Assembly: GCA_963669175.1 (NCBI GenBank)
Contig: OY769902.1
Coordinates: forward strand, 992,001 to 1,056,000
Reading direction: 5' to 3'
DNA: 64,000 nucleotides
Origin: a bacterium
Lineage (GTDB): Bacteria; Electryoneota; Electryoneia; Electryoneales; Electryoneaceae
The translations under genes and the position numbers were made by a program. Positions 43,301-50,200 of this stretch are shown piece by piece. Below the pieces are notes generated by a model. It saw only the letters and a program-made list of their open reading frames with translations, did not search any database and was not told where the DNA came from. Every line of letters starts with the position of its first letter. Position 1 is the first letter of the stretch.

Positions 43301-46300
43301 GCAACAACACTTGATACCATGCTGAGTATCAATGGGCTGGAAGACCAGATCCTTGCGGAACTGGATGAACTCCCCGATGATATCAGCGTTTACTGGCGTG
43401 TCCTGGCTATAGACCAGTATGCGGACACCACATGGGCCACCCCGGAGACCGGGTATGTCTTCCATGTGTCCTACGAACATTCACCGCCGCTCGCATTTGA
43501 CCTGGTTGAACCGGCTGATGGTGATACCGTATTCACCGGTGAACCGATAGTGCGCTGGGAAACTGCTGTTGAGCCTGATCCGGGTGATAGTGTAGCAAGC
43601 TATACGATCGTGTGGGCGGAAGATGCCGTGTTTACGGTTGGCGTCGATTCCACAACCGGACTGGAAGACACGAGCTATGTGTTTGAAGGATTGACCGACG
43701 AAACCATGTACTGGTGGAAGGTGCGGGCGGTGGATACCAACACCAACGGCGCCTGGTCAACCAGCAACTTCAGTTTCCTGGTCTATATCCCGGAACCGCC
43801 GACAGCGTTCAACCTGTTGTCGCCGGAAGACGAAGCGCTAGTGGCGGAAGATACGGTTACCGTGACCTGGAGCAGTTCGTCTGATCCCGATGCCGGGGAC
43901 ACCCTGACCTATCATGTGGTCTGGTCCATTGATCCGGAGTTCGGCATCGCCAATGACAGCCTGGTAACAGACACCACCATGCAGATCGGGTATGTCGATC
44001 TGCCTACCGCCCAGGTTCAGCGAAAATCAACAGAACCGGCTGGTTTCGGCAGTCAGTCACGCAAGAGCCGGAATACGGAATTCGGTGAGTCAGTCGGATT
44101 GCAGAAAAGTGACAGGCTGGGTGAGCTGGATGAACTTGATGAGCTGGACGAACTCCTGGATGGGTTGACCATCTATTGGAAAGTGGAATGCAGTGACGAA
44201 TACGGCAATACAATCTGGGCCGAACCGGAAACTGGCTGGTCCTTTACCGTGAACCTGCCGTCACTGCCGGATACCTTCAGCCTGCATGAGCCGTTAAATA
44301 GTGATACTGTATGGACCGATTCAACGCAACTGGTCTGGTTCTTTGCCGATGAACCCGACCCGGACGATGAAATCACCGATTATGTCATCTGGTGGGCAAG
44401 CGATGAAGATTTCACGGAAGACCTCGATTCTGCCGTGGTAACACTGTTCAATACGCACTGGTTGTACAACCTGACAGACGATACCCGTTACTGGTGGAAA
44501 GTGCGCGCCAATGACGGTAACAGTGTTGGCCGCTGGTGTAACGAACCGTTCAATTTCCTGGTCTATATCCCGGAGCCGCCGACAGCGCCGGAATTGATCT
44601 CACCGGATAACGAGACTATTGCTACCGAAAGCGTTGTTCTGCAATGGAACGGCTCGACCGATCCCGACCCGAACGATGAAATCAGGTATGTGGTCGTCTG
44701 GAGTCGCAGCCAGGACTTCCTGGAGATCGATTCTACCGTATCAACAGAAACCACGGCCACGTTGCATGGTCTGGAAGACGATTCCGATTACTGGTGGCAC
44801 GTGAGAGCGCAGGACCAGTACACGGAAGGCACCTGGTCGGATACTGTGTTCACGTTCAGTCTTTCCATTCCGGAACCGCCTGCGGCCTTCCAGCTTTACG
44901 GGCCGGACGATGAAGCTACTGTCAGTGACAGCTCGGTTACCCTGGCGTGGCAGAATACATCTGACCCTGATCCGGGCGATGAAGTCGAGTATGAACTGGC
45001 AATAGCGTGGAACGCGTCCTTCACTCCGGCCGCCTATTTCAGCCTGGAGGATACGACCTATCTGCTGGATGGAATCGATGACCTGCCTGTCCTTCCGGGA
45101 ATGATGCAGGTCGAGTCGAACCAGCAGGAGCTTGGCGTAGCGAAAAAGGGCCAACGCAACTCGCAAAACACACGTTCCAACAGTGGTCCTTCTGGATTCG
45201 GCTCGGTCAACTTCACCAGCAATGGCGCCAATTCACTGCGGGTGACATCGCTGGATGATTCAATCCCGCTCCCTGATGACGCCACAATTTTCTGGAAAGT
45301 CACCGCGATAGACCAGGATAACCAGCGCACTGCCGGAACTCCGGCCAACGGCAAGAGCTTCTCACTGTACTATCCAGATCCTCCGGAAGCGTTCAGCCTG
45401 CTGGAACCGGCCAATGGCGCTTCACTTCCCTACGGCAATGTCTCCCTGCGTTGGGAGGAAACAACGGATCCTGATCCTGATGATGAACTGACCTATGTGG
45501 TGGTCTGGTCGCTGGATGATAGTTTTGACGAGGACGATGATTCGCTGGTTGTACATGGAACAACCACGACCATCGGCGGCCTGCTGGGCAATACAACCTA
45601 TTACTGGCAGGTTCGTGCACAGGATACGAATACTTCCGGCACGTGGTCGGATGATGTCTTTACCTTCAGCCTGGAAGAGGATCACCCGCCTACAGCTTTC
45701 AGCCTGCTGTCACCACAGGACGAGGATACGATTTACAGCAGAAGCCTGACACTCGACTGGGAAGAGAGCGAAGATCCGGATAACTTCGGTATCAGTTATG
45801 TTGTCTGGTTGTCCACCGACGAATTTTTCCAGGACCATGTAGACTCGATCTTTACCGATACAACCATCTTTACCCTGTCCAACCTGCAAGATGAGATAGA
45901 CTACTGGTGGGCTGTACGCGCCATAGATCCAAGCGGTAACGGAACCTGGTGCGATGATTCGTATACATTCCATGTCAGCATTCCGCAAGCGCCGCGAGCA
46001 TTTGACATTATTGCTCCGGATAACAATGCTGTTGTCAGTTCTCCGAATGTGGAATTCAGTTGGGAAAGCACTACCGATCCTGACCCGAACGATTCCCTGG
46101 TCTATGTTCTGCAATGGTCCTGGCACCCGACATTCAGCGGCGCATTGAACATTATCACGGAAGACACCAGCGCTATTGTCGGCCCGGACAGCCTGCCGGA
46201 CAACACGACTGTGTACTGGCGGGTGAAAGCGGTAGACCGGTTTGGAATGTATCGATGGGGTGGGGTGCTGTCGGGATACACATTCCGTACAGACTTCCCG

Positions 46301-46915
46301 GACGTTCCCTCCGTATTTGAATTAAGCGCGCCATCGGCAGGTAGTTACATGAACAGGGACAGTCTGGCGCTTTCCTGGATGGAATCGGTTGACCCGGATA
46401 GTTATGATGTACCCTGTTATGATGTCTGGATAGACACCAATGCTGCGATGAGCACGGCATGGCTGGTGGGCGACAGTGTTCGTATGACGTCGTTCTGGTT
46501 AATGGCGTCGGATGTCTTCCCGGGATTGGATCACTATTGGACTGTCCGTGCGACGGACTCGAATACGTCCGGCACATGGGCGTCAGATACGCTCCTTGTA
46601 CATGTGAGCTCGCATGCCGGGCAGCCTCCGGCATGGTCAGGAGTGCCGGAGAGCTTTGGTATTCCGGCCACATACCCGAACCCATTCAATTCCAGCATGA
46701 CAGCGATTGTGGGGCTTCCTGCAAGATCGGATATTTATGTCGCTGTGTATGACGTTCTGGGGCGGAAAGTGGCGGTGTTGGCCAGCGGACGGTATGATGC
46801 GGGGTATCACAAGTTCGGATTACAGGCGGATCGACTGGCCAGTGGGGTCTACTTCGTTCAGGCGCGTGGGAGTGGTTTCGGTACTCAGTTGAAAAAAATC
46901 GTGCTGGTCAGGTAG
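31382..46915 (+). CDS. Giant secreted surface protein (5177 aa): parallel beta-helix N-terminus, 42 FN3-like repeats, T9SS C-terminal domain
   Basis: Signal peptide; GG(G/A)I repeats; 42 counted W-x3-D/EPD..Y..YWxVxA modules; TYPNPFN..YDVLGRKVA..ASGVYFV..KIVLVR. Confidence 0.95.
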   Translation: MIVAKRQLRSLLYAGLLLLICAGVLSAQTEISGSLEGVLEEDTYLATGDIEVTTFNDLEIEPGTIIYFNQDIEFTIRGTLIAEGAVNDSILFLNTEDSTWSGITFNGAFSDNSSMRYCRVSGSDHRGIHIVNSDLSFDHCVISGNSTIGFADLINHRGAGFYIYSGSPDITNCLVADNESVRGAGVYIWRDGNPSMTNTVIRDNNAIFNNQNEGGHGGGIYFYNCNPSVSDLTVSGNYAQDNGGGMYFYNAHPVVQDCDISDNEADGGGGGIAMIQSEAQVLNCEIYNNTTDLYGGGIHAFNACEPTIDKCLFRNNTANLRGGAIHAYSDGNPTITRNTIVFNTSPTGAGIYIGYNSDGTVNSNIIAFNIEGEGVNASNDSPLSEIAYNNVHSNDAGGMWGNLPDGTGVISTVNENGDPSDVYFNIDEDPQFTDTFLNDYTLESTSPSINAGDPDLPADPDLSIADQGAFPYYQHTPIAFSLLSPLDGTIVYVGGDTTLTWEASADPDGQAVHYDVWMSNSPDLSDAVQIAEGLLATSFAVNDLEDDQDWYWTVHATDTNTDGQWARDTLHFHTHTVEAPGAFALASPADESIQPSTGVMLRWTRSIDADPGDEITYTVQWSDHSNFSPVYQGTTQDTMLFINTLQDIVAEFPDNSTIYWRVRARDSFNQYTWATPQSGWSFDVVDPDPPAAFDLVGPGDLDTCWTGDTTFVWEATTDPDMGDEVTGYMLWVATNPSFTANLDSFFTTGTSYTVNNLQDDVEYWWMVRALDNNTNGRWSSDAWRLRIYIPEAPMAFNLSSPPNNGEVDNDTVNVVWHAPVDPDPNDQMTYTIEWTEDASWSDYYSDTTEELTYEISDLSQPLLTARRELAERYLSGELDLDNIGGLDELDELPDETWVYWRVRAMDSFGNSVQCTPAAGWRFYVNVTDPIEPFSLFSPGDGDTCWTGDTTFAWNHTEDPDGILLYYRFQWAEDEDFTINVDSTAATFDSFMTMNGFEDDQTYWWRVRAGNLSGSSRMSSETWALNIFIPEPPSAFDLLSPPDEDTLFNATPTVSWQASVDPDPGETVRYRVIWATDAAFTQNVDSSAATTSTSATLPALNDDTTYWWRVRALDPRAGDVWSTSTRRFHIYIPEPPADFSYLAPASGSVVEEDTVTVSWHAAVDPDPNDVITYTVYWSTAATFNPLYTATTTETSYRISDLASVLGHGVDELDQLPDNQRIFWKVTAEDSYGFTSDGLPTTGWSFWTNYIDEPPDPFSLLSPSNDDTVWAGDTTLTWQATTEPDPGDDVTGYMVWWATNSGFSDNLDSAAVGAGVTSYHLEDLIDDHAYWWKVRALDNNTNGRWSTDTRRFHAFVPDPPSAFALAAPDSGDLIAEDTVVVYWRQSTDPDLNDEITYTVMWSTDPGFGTVYSGTTQDTSYTITDLANLGPQDEIIGSDELDELPDATTIYWRVRAEDRYNLSTIGTPSHGWSFTTNLPTPPQPFSLLSPSNGDTCWGGDTTLTWQTAIDPDPDDAVLRYVVWIASNSAFTQNLDSISVNAPATTLDLEDLDDDRAYYWKVRAQDGNTTGRWSSTTRYFRTYIPEAPGAFALQSPANGADVDNDTVTVSWTAAVDPDPNDVLTYTVEWSTQSNFATSYTGSTTNTSFQITDLQDYVGNGDELDELPDDTTIYWRVSVRDRFGNIRQATPPEGWSFHIDIPQPPLPFSLVSPADNVTCRTGDTTLVWRSTTDPDPGQTVLYTVWWANNSSFTSNLDSATTADTTCDLNNLADESHYYWKVKAVDDDGNATWSTQTRRFLVYIPEAPSAFNLLSPADGDTSWTGNANLSWQAATDPDHGDVLHYEVWWATNAAFTAGVDSQAVTGTSYTLANLTDDTQYWWKVKVVDNYSLSAWSTSTRSFHVYISEAPGAFTLVSPDSGDVIAEDTVTVTWTASVDPDPGDDVSYRVEWATNPSFTGYYSGTTEETTFDITDLADIVQDLDELEDDITVYWRVRAIDNHSMETLATPNHGWSFSIYIPEAPSAFGLLSPASGDTCWTGDTTLTWQASIDPDPDNVIAYKVWWATNAAFTQGLDSASTNATSYALNNLPDDTRFYWKVRAQDQNSTGTWSTDTRYFDVFIPDAPTAFNLLTPPDESILAMDTVTVTWEASTDADPGDEITYRVEWATNPAFTGYYSGTTLGTTLDITDLADMVQDLDELPDDITVYWRVRAMDKYDQETLATPNEGWSFSVYIPEPPSAFSLLSPDDGDTCWTGDTTLTWQDSTDPDPDDVITYKVWWATNAAFTQGLDSASTNATSYAMNNLPDDTRFYWKARAQDQNSTGTWSTETWHFDVFIPDAPTAFNLLTPPDESVLAIDTVTVTWEASSDPDPGDEITYRVEWATNPAFTGYYSGTTLGTTFDITDLADMVQDLDELPDDITVYWRVRAMDKYDLETLATPNEGWSFSVYIPEPPTAFSLLHPSDGDTCWTGDTTLTWQASSDPDPGDAITYKVWWATNAAFTQGLDSASTAETSYELNNLPDDTRFYWKVRAQDTNTTGTWSTQSWHFDVFIPDAPTAFNLLTPPDGSVLAMDTVTVTWEASTDADPGDEITYRVEWATNPAFTGYYSGTTLGTTFDITDLADVAPELDELPDDITVYWRVRAMDKYDQETLATPNEGWSFSIFIPEQPAAFSLLSPDNGDTCWTGDETLNWQASSDPDPGDAITYKVWWATNAAFTQGLDSASTAETSYELNNLPDDTRFWWKVRAQDTNTTGTWSTETWQFDVFIPETPIAFNLTGPVTGDTCWTGDTTLVWQASSDNDPGDVITYKVWWATNAAFTEGLDSASTSETTYTLNGLDDDTRYWWKVRAQDRYTNGTWSNQVYDFDVFIIEAPGAFSLVAPTDGAAVNDDTVTVSWTQSIDPDANDIVTYRVEWSTSNTFAPLYDDETTETSYNITGLVDMLQDLDELPDDMTVYWRVRAIDRYGFSTTATPSDGWSFTVRIPEEPSAFSLIGPVNGDTCWTGDTTLTWQASVDPDPGDVITYKVWWATNAAFTEGLDSASTAATSYTLHNLADDTRFWWKVRAQDTNTSGVWSTETESFDVFIPEAPGAFALLTPANGALMPNDTVTVSWAASIDPDPGDVVTYRVEWSTSNTFVPLYDDETTETSYMITDLQDVLQDLDEIPDNTTVYWRIRVTDNRGMVNWGTPNAGRSFTIRISDAPYPFSLLDPLDGDTCWTGDTTLTWQVATDPDPGDQIAYKVWWATNAAFTEGLDSVSVTEASYALNNLADDTDYWWKVRAQDGNSSGTWSTETRRLHVYIPEAPSTFSLIEPEHGDTVWTSAVELSWQVANDNDPNDTVEYWVFWANDPGFTTGLDSAVVNQASYTLTGLMDDHTYFWKVRAQDNYTGGTWSTQTRMFRVYMIGFPDAFSLIGPLNGDTCWTGDTTLVWHETTDPDPDDDITYVIWWANDEAFIEGLDSTTTTDTTLSLEDLSDDTPYWWKVRAQDQNTAGTWSTQTFGFHVYIPESPVTFGLALPENEATVTTDTVTIYWHPATDPDPGDVIHYDIELAMLPDFSHTQEASTSDTSFIITDFIQQMAGELDELEDDQTYYWRVFAEDRFGLNVGCTPITGYAFTVHVPEPPEAFSLISPFDEDTCWTGDTTLVWHSSSDPDPGDVITYHIWIANDEQFTVGLDSMATADTTLELVDLPDDTPFWWKVRAQDMNTEGTWSTETGMFEVFIPEAPAAFSLLSPLNGVTLEMTDVDLEWQESSDNDPDDDLEYVLYWSLSENFVTGVDSITLTETEHTLAGLSDDTQYWWKVRAQDHYTVGTWSTQTWTFSVGVPQSPFPFSLISPVEGDTIWSSEGNFFWHGTSDPDPEEDFTYHFQIATDPLFTLNFEEQVLEMDTGAVATGLMDDTRYWWRVVAIDEQDHATYSNETWYFDVYIPEAPEEFSLLLPENEAIIEDDTVLVYWEPTTDPDPGDWIRYTVQWSMFEQFTEYATATTLDTMLSINGLEDQILAELDELPDDISVYWRVLAIDQYADTTWATPETGYVFHVSYEHSPPLAFDLVEPADGDTVFTGEPIVRWETAVEPDPGDSVASYTIVWAEDAVFTVGVDSTTGLEDTSYVFEGLTDETMYWWKVRAVDTNTNGAWSTSNFSFLVYIPEPPTAFNLLSPEDEALVAEDTVTVTWSSSSDPDAGDTLTYHVVWSIDPEFGIANDSLVTDTTMQIGYVDLPTAQVQRKSTEPAGFGSQSRKSRNTEFGESVGLQKSDRLGELDELDELDELLDGLTIYWKVECSDEYGNTIWAEPETGWSFTVNLPSLPDTFSLHEPLNSDTVWTDSTQLVWFFADEPDPDDEITDYVIWWASDEDFTEDLDSAVVTLFNTHWLYNLTDDTRYWWKVRANDGNSVGRWCNEPFNFLVYIPEPPTAPELISPDNETIATESVVLQWNGSTDPDPNDEIRYVVVWSRSQDFLEIDSTVSTETTATLHGLEDDSDYWWHVRAQDQYTEGTWSDTVFTFSLSIPEPPAAFQLYGPDDEATVSDSSVTLAWQNTSDPDPGDEVEYELAIAWNASFTPAAYFSLEDTTYLLDGIDDLPVLPGMMQVESNQQELGVAKKGQRNSQNTRSNSGPSGFGSVNFTSNGANSLRVTSLDDSIPLPDDATIFWKVTAIDQDNQRTAGTPANGKSFSLYYPDPPEAFSLLEPANGASLPYGNVSLRWEETTDPDPDDELTYVVVWSLDDSFDEDDDSLVVHGTTTTIGGLLGNTTYYWQVRAQDTNTSGTWSDDVFTFSLEEDHPPTAFSLLSPQDEDTIYSRSLTLDWEESEDPDNFGISYVVWLSTDEFFQDHVDSIFTDTTIFTLSNLQDEIDYWWAVRAIDPSGNGTWCDDSYTFHVSIPQAPRAFDIIAPDNNAVVSSPNVEFSWESTTDPDPNDSLVYVLQWSWHPTFSGALNIITEDTSAIVGPDSLPDNTTVYWRVKAVDRFGMYRWGGVLSGYTFRTDFPDVPSVFELSAPSAGSYMNRDSLALSWMESVDPDSYDVPCYDVWIDTNAAMSTAWLVGDSVRMTSFWLMASDVFPGLDHYWTVRATDSNTSGTWASDTLLVHVSSHAGQPPAWSGVPESFGIPATYPNPFNSSMTAIVGLPARSDIYVAVYDVLGRKVAVLASGRYDAGYHKFGLQADRLASGVYFVQARGSGFGTQLKKIVLVR
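37731..39665 (+). repeat. Near-identical in-frame 645-bp tandem units inside the giant gene
   Basis: atgcgccgacagcgttcaacctg recurs at 37731, 38376 and 39021 (period 645 nt = 215 aa, two FN3-like modules). Confidence 0.9.
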
Positions 46916-47232
46916 CATGGCCGGCAGGATTTTCAGCAGATAGTGTTACGGTGCTGTAGTGGAGAATCTGGTTTTCATATTGTTGGGAACTATTGCCTCT
47001 TGAGAAACGTATATAACGGGAGTCAGTTTCCATACAGCATCCGTTTTGATAGAGGGCCGATTGAACCTCTCTACACTTGACTCGCTGAAAAAGGCGAGCC
47101 TATTTTGTGCTAGTAACGGAGAAAATACCCACTAAGGAGTACATTACCGGAAGTTTCGCGCAACGGGTTGACCATGGCAGTTCGATCAGACAGCATAGTC
47201 GGGATACCCTATTCGCGGGCGAACGGTTAGGG

Positions 47233-47266
47233 AGGCCGTGCCGACCCAGACGCATCGGTCTTTTTT
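47233..47266 (+). terminator. Terminator-like hairpin ~20 nt upstream of porU
   Basis: aggccgtgc-cgacccagac-gcatcggtct followed by a T run. Confidence 0.5.
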
Positions 47267-47284
47267 ATTGTGGGCGATTTTCAT

Positions 47285-50200
47285 ATGATGAAAAGACACT
47301 TCGCAATTCTGTTCCTGGTAATGACCAGCCTTGTGCTGTTGGCCGGGCCTTTGTCTGCAAAGGTCACGGTGCTCGAAGATACTCCCTCCTACCTGGAACT
47401 GCAGGTTATCCCTGAAGGCTGGATGATTATCGAGGCGGAAGATGGCATTATTCCCATGCCGTTTGGCGCCGGTCTCGATGAACGTGCTGGCGGCCAAGCC
47501 ACACCATATTACCGCCGTCTGATAGGTCTTCCTTCCGGCAAGCTTCCCCAGGCGCAACTTACCCAGGTAACATGGGGTGAGTTGGTTGACGGCGTTCTGC
47601 CTGTGGGTCAGGAAGTTGAGGGTAATGACCGTGTTCCCCATCTGAGCCCGGATCGCATGATTCAGTTCGGGGCGCCCTATATGTGGCGCAACCAGTGGGT
47701 AACGGATATTTATATTGTTCCGGTTTCCCGGCAGGGGAAACAGCTTCGCAAGCTGGAAAGCGCCACCATCCGGATTGCCTATCCGGAAGCCCAGGCAGGA
47801 CTCGTTCGTAAAACAGACCCCATGTCCAGTCAATTCCTGGTAAACCCGGTTGCTGCACAGAACTGGCAGCATAGAAAATCCGGCCGAAGCGCATTCAGTT
47901 TTGAAGATCTCTGGCCTTCCGGGGAGATGTTCAAGATCGAAATCAGCCAGGAAGGGATTTATTCGCTTACACGTGCCGACCTGGAATCGGCCGGAATAGA
48001 CCTGAGCGGTTTTGATCCGAGGACTTTCCGCATTTTCGGCAACGGTGGCTTCATGTTGCCGGAAGATGTCTCGGCTGATAGAGATGAAGAGCTGATAGAA
48101 AATGCCATTCTGGTTGTTGGTGAAGATGACGGTTCCTGGGATGAAGGTGATGAGATCCTTTTCTTCGCTCGTGGTGTGAATAGCTGGGAACCATCAACGA
48201 GTTTGCCGGGCACGTATAAACATGTTCAGAACCTGTACACCAGAAACAACGTCTATTGGTTGAATGTTCCGGATGATGGTTCCATGGGGAAGCGGATGGA
48301 CCCCCTTGGGGAAGGCCTGACCCGGACCTTTGTCGCAGAATGGGCGACATCACGGGTTTATATGGACAATGACGCTTTTGTTTTCTATAGCGATAAAACT
48401 CCCGAGTCCGGCAAAAGCTGGTATGCTGCAGATCTGTACGCTGGGGGGCAGTATAACAGCTCTTTCCAACTGGATTCGCCGATTGTGGACCAGGAAGCAC
48501 AGATCAAGGTAGGCTACAAGAAGGTCTATGTAACAGGCGAATCGGATTACGATGCGGTTATCCTGGTCAATGGGGTGGCTGTCGATACAGTCGATACGTC
48601 TGTCAGCAACCGCACTTTGACCGTGCCTGCGAACGTACTTCGCAACGGTAGCAATTCCTTTACATTCAGAATGTTATCCGGGCGGGCGCTGTTTGACTAT
48701 TTCGAATTGGCCTATATCCGCAGCCTGGAAACAAGCCAGACCAAGCTGGAATTTGATGCCTTGCAGGACGATGGTGTTGCTGAAATTGACATCGAGGGCT
48801 TGACCAATCCCTGGATCTTCAATATTGAAGATTTTGACAATGTAAGTGTTACACGAACATTGCCATTCAAGATCGAAACCAGTTATGCGAACCCGCACCG
48901 GGTGCTGGCGATATCCGACGGCTCCTTCCTGAGCCCATCCAGTATTCAGTCTTTCTACCGTGGCTGGGGTGAATATCCTGATGGACTCAGACAAGACGGA
49001 ATAAGCGCTGATGCGATTTTTATCGTGCATCCCGATTTTGCTGAAGCAGCAGCGGAACTGGAGTCGTACGTGGAAGAGCGCGATGATATCCAGGCCGTCC
49101 GTGTGCGGACAACAGACATTTACAATGAATTCAGTTGGGGGTTGTTCGATCCAACCGCTATCCGAGATTTCCTGGAATTTGCCAAAGATAATTGGTCGGG
49201 AACCGGTTCGTCCGGTCCGACAGTCTGTCTCCTGATAGGCGATGGTGATTACGATTACCGTAACGTCGTATCCTCGAACGATAAAAACTGGGTTCCACCC
49301 TATGAAACCGGGATTCAGTGCCGTGACGACTGGTTCGCCACATTTACCCTGGATGGGGATGCCGAGTACATCATGGGACGTCTGCCTTTCCAGAAAGTAT
49401 CCGAGGTAGAGAATTACACCGAACGGCTCATCACCTACGAAAATGATGTCAATCGCGGTCCCTGGCGCAGCAAGGTGATCATGGTTGCCGACGATGAGTA
49501 CATTGACGTCGGACCAACCACAACCGACAAGCAGCACATGGCCTACTCGGAAGAGTTGGCCAACACTCATATCCCCGATTACATGCAAATCGAGAAAATC
49601 TATATCGGTCCTTACCCCACGGAATTTGATCCGACCACCGGCGCACGCACCAAACCGGGCGCTTCGCAGGATCTCATTGAGACAATTAATCGCGGAGCCT
49701 TGTTGATCAATTACATGGGCCATGGAAACGCGCATGTATGGGCTCACGAGAACCTGCTGCTCGACAGCCGTGATGTGTCCAATATCAACAGTGGTTTGCG
49801 CGAGCCGATCTACGTCGCGGCAACCTGCTCGTGGGGATACTTTGACCGTCCTGACAATGAAGCCTGCTTCGAACAGTTATTGGCCAAATCTGGTGGCGCT
49901 ATCGGTGTCATGGCCGCTTCCAGGAACACGTCCGGTTATGGCAACAACAACATGGTCAAGATGTTTTATCAGCTTTTCTTTGACCGTGAAGAACCGCGTT
50001 CTCTCGGCGAATGCCTGTACCTGGCAAAGATAGAAACATCCGGCGCTACCAATAAGTATTATCACTGTTTTGCCGACCCCTTGATGATGCCGGCAGTGCC
50101 ACGACTGGATTTGACTGTAGAAGAGATTCTGCCGGACAGCCTGATATCGATGCAGGTGGCCGATATCAACGGTTGTGTTCATGCGCTGAACGGTACAGTC

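Noticed and set aside
32800-46600. Regularly spaced repeats that might suggest a CRISPR array or DGR
   Set aside because: They are in-frame protein domain repeats with synonymous variation. There are no unique spacers, cas genes or reverse transcriptase, and no adenine-specific mismatch pattern was noticed.
47107-47232. TPP or c-di-GMP riboswitch before porU
   Set aside because: Only an ATACCC fragment matches; the CTGAGA and other core motifs are missing.
47471-47482. GLDE in the PorU N-terminal region as another processing site
   Set aside because: A single weak match with no preceding variable linker; could be chance, so it was not counted.
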